Assembly: GCF_016432865.1 (NCBI RefSeq)
Contig: NC_067399.1
Coordinates: 390,290,001-390,354,000 of the forward strand
Source: Antechinus flavipes
Lineage: Eukaryota
Length of the DNA stretch: 64,000 bases
Direction of reading: 5' to 3'
In this document: positions 62,062 to 64,000 of the stretch, in pieces
Layout of the letters: each line of letters starts with the position of its first letter
Position numbering within the stretch: position 1 is the first letter of the stretch
Notes under the pieces: generated by a model
What the model was told of the DNA's origin: nothing
The model's database searches: none
Seen by the model: the letters and a program-made list of their open reading frames with translations, nothing else
Translations under genes and position numbers: made by a program

Positions 62062-64000
62062 ATGGCGCCAGCACCGCGGGAAATAATCAGGCAAGTTCTC
62101 TTTGTTTGTATTTTTATCTTTGGGAGGTTCCGTGTGGAGTGTGAAACCATTCACTATTCTATATCTGAAGAAATAGCCATCGGCTCCTGCGTGGCTAATT
62201 TTGCAAAGGACTTGGGTCTGGATGTGAAAGCGTTGCCTTCTCGGCAGGCTCGGCTAGTTGCGGCTGGTAATGGGGAGCATTTCCTATTGGACCTGAAAAC
62301 AGGGGAACTGCTCACAAAGGACCGAATAGATCGGGAAGAAATATGTGCCCAGATGGACGAATGCATCATCCGTTTTGAATTATTGCTGCAAAATCCATTG
62401 AGGTTCTTCCGGGCAGAGTTAGCTATTTCTGATATCAACGATCATTCGCCTCAGTTCCCAGAGGATGAATTCATTTTAAAGATCCCCGAATCCACTACCG
62501 TTGGCACGCGCTTCCCCCTGGAGAGTGCGCAGGATTTAGATGCAGGGGAAAATGCCCTTCAGAACTACACGCTCACTCCACCAAATGAGCCCTTCGTTTT
62601 GCACACTAGGGAGCAGAGCGATGGCAGCAAGTACCCGGAGCTGCTCCTGGTAAAGGCCCTGGACCGCGAGGAGCAACCAGAACTCGAGTTCCTACTCACC
62701 GCTGTGGATGGTGGAATCCCGCCCACCTCGGGGACCGCCAAGGTCCGTATCATTGTCTTGGATGCAAATGACAATGCCCCAGTGTTCTCTCAGTCTCTGT
62801 ACCAAGCTACTGTGGCAGAAAACAGTCCAACGGGCTCAGTAGTGACTATTGTATCTGCAGTTGATTCAGACCAAGGTCGCAATGGAGAAGTGACTTACTC
62901 ATTCAGTCAAAATGCCGGTAAAGGTCATCGTGCTTTCCAGATAGATTCTCTGACGGGGGAAATTCGAATCTCTAAACCTCTAGACTTTGAAGTGACTGAA
63001 AAATATGAACTAAGTGTTAGGGCCACCGATGGAGGAGGATTATCCTCGCATTGTAAAGTCCTTGTGGAGGTGGAGGATGTGAATGACAACCCCCCTGAAG
63101 TGACAGTGACATCTCTTTCCACTCTACTCCCTGAAGACTCTTTACCTGGAACAGTGGTGGCCCTTTTTAGCGTCCGTGACAAGGACTCTGGGGACCATGG
63201 GAGAGCCTCTTGTTCCATTCCAGATGACATCCCTTTCATCCTGAAGCCGATTTTCAACAATTACTATGAATTAGTGACAGATGCAGCCTTGGATCGGGAA
63301 AGGGTTTCCAATTACAGCATAATGATCACTGCCGTAGACTCGGGATCTCCTAGTCTCTCAACTAGGGAAACTGTCACAGTGCAAATATTAGACATCAATG
63401 ATAATCTCCCTCTTTTTAATCAATCGTCCTATACCATGTATGTGACTGAGAATAACAGTCCTTTCCTGATGATTGGAGCGCTAAATGCTACTGATTCAGA
63501 CTCGGGGCAGAATGCTAAAGTGACATATTCTATCTGGCCTGAGAACAATAATTCTCCCTTTTCCTCCCCATTCATTTCTATCAATTCAGAAAATGGACAA
63601 GTCTACATTCTGAAGACTCTTGATTATGAAGAAATCAAAGACTTCAAAGTGACTGCGCAAGCATCGGATTCAGGGGCCCCTTCCTTGAGCACTAATGTTA
63701 CGGTATATATAGTCATCGTGGATGAAAATGACAATGCCCCAGTTATTTTATACCCTATTCAGAACCACTCTGCTTCTTATAGTGAACTGGTCCCTAGGTC
63801 GGCTGAAGAAGATTACTTGGTTACTAAAGTGGTGGCTGTGGATGAGGACTCAGGTCAGAACTCCTGGCTTTCCTACCAGTTACTTAAGGCAACCGATCCT
63901 GGGTTGTTCATTGTATGGTCTCATAATGGAGAAGTTCGAACTTCGAGATCCATCAGCGACAGAGATGCTATCAGGCAGAAACTCATTATTCTTGTAAGAG
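62062..64000 (+). CDS. PCDHB: Divergent protocadherin beta-like gene 9 (runs off window end; not in ORF track)
   Basis: Hand translation from ATG 62062 (MAPAPREIIRQVLFVCIFIFG...) is open to 64000, covering EC1 through most of EC6; own CSE at 61792-61818. Confidence 0.9.
   Translation, partial: MAPAPREIIRQVLFVCIFIFGRFRVECETIHYSISEEIAIGSCVANFAKDLGLDVKALPSRQARLVAAGNGEHFLLDLKTGELLTKDRIDREEICAQMDECIIRFELLLQNPLRFFRAELAISDINDHSPQFPEDEFILKIPESTTVGTRFPLESAQDLDAGENALQNYTLTPPNEPFVLHTREQSDGSKYPELLLVKALDREEQPELEFLLTAVDGGIPPTSGTAKVRIIVLDANDNAPVFSQSLYQATVAENSPTGSVVTIVSAVDSDQGRNGEVTYSFSQNAGKGHRAFQIDSLTGEIRISKPLDFEVTEKYELSVRATDGGGLSSHCKVLVEVEDVNDNPPEVTVTSLSTLLPEDSLPGTVVALFSVRDKDSGDHGRASCSIPDDIPFILKPIFNNYYELVTDAALDRERVSNYSIMITAVDSGSPSLSTRETVTVQILDINDNLPLFNQSSYTMYVTENNSPFLMIGALNATDSDSGQNAKVTYSIWPENNNSPFSSPFISINSENGQVYILKTLDYEEIKDFKVTAQASDSGAPSLSTNVTVYIVIVDENDNAPVILYPIQNHSASYSELVPRSAEEDYLVTKVVAVDEDSGQNSWLSYQLLKATDPGLFIVWSHNGEVRTSRSISDRDAIRQKLIILVR

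Overview
Mammalian genomic DNA covering part of a clustered protocadherin-beta (PCDHB) array, all on the + strand. The SINE and L1 types suggest a marsupial, possibly a dasyurid (inference). The window holds 8 open single-exon PCDHB genes (first and last cut by the window edges) and one full-length copy with a 4-bp frameshift. It also holds four decayed pseudogenes, a ~100-bp orphan EC4 fragment and 8 co-oriented CSE/CTCF promoter motifs, plus three or four degenerate ones. L1, CORE-SINE, RTE and hAT fragments and a 141-N assembly gap fill the spacers. The most notable observations are four. (1) The last gene (62062->end, absent from the ORF track) is a highly divergent beta isoform that looks more like bird/reptile PCDHB, with an EC6 matching its neighbours. 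(2) An orphan promoter is fused by microhomology to a SINE tail, suggesting a deleted gene. (3) The frameshifted gene keeps its promoter and would encode a soluble EC1-EC4 protein. (4) The CTCF core is disrupted in every recognisable dead promoter. No fundamentally new system could be established from sequence alone; ortholog numbers cannot be assigned without phylogeny.
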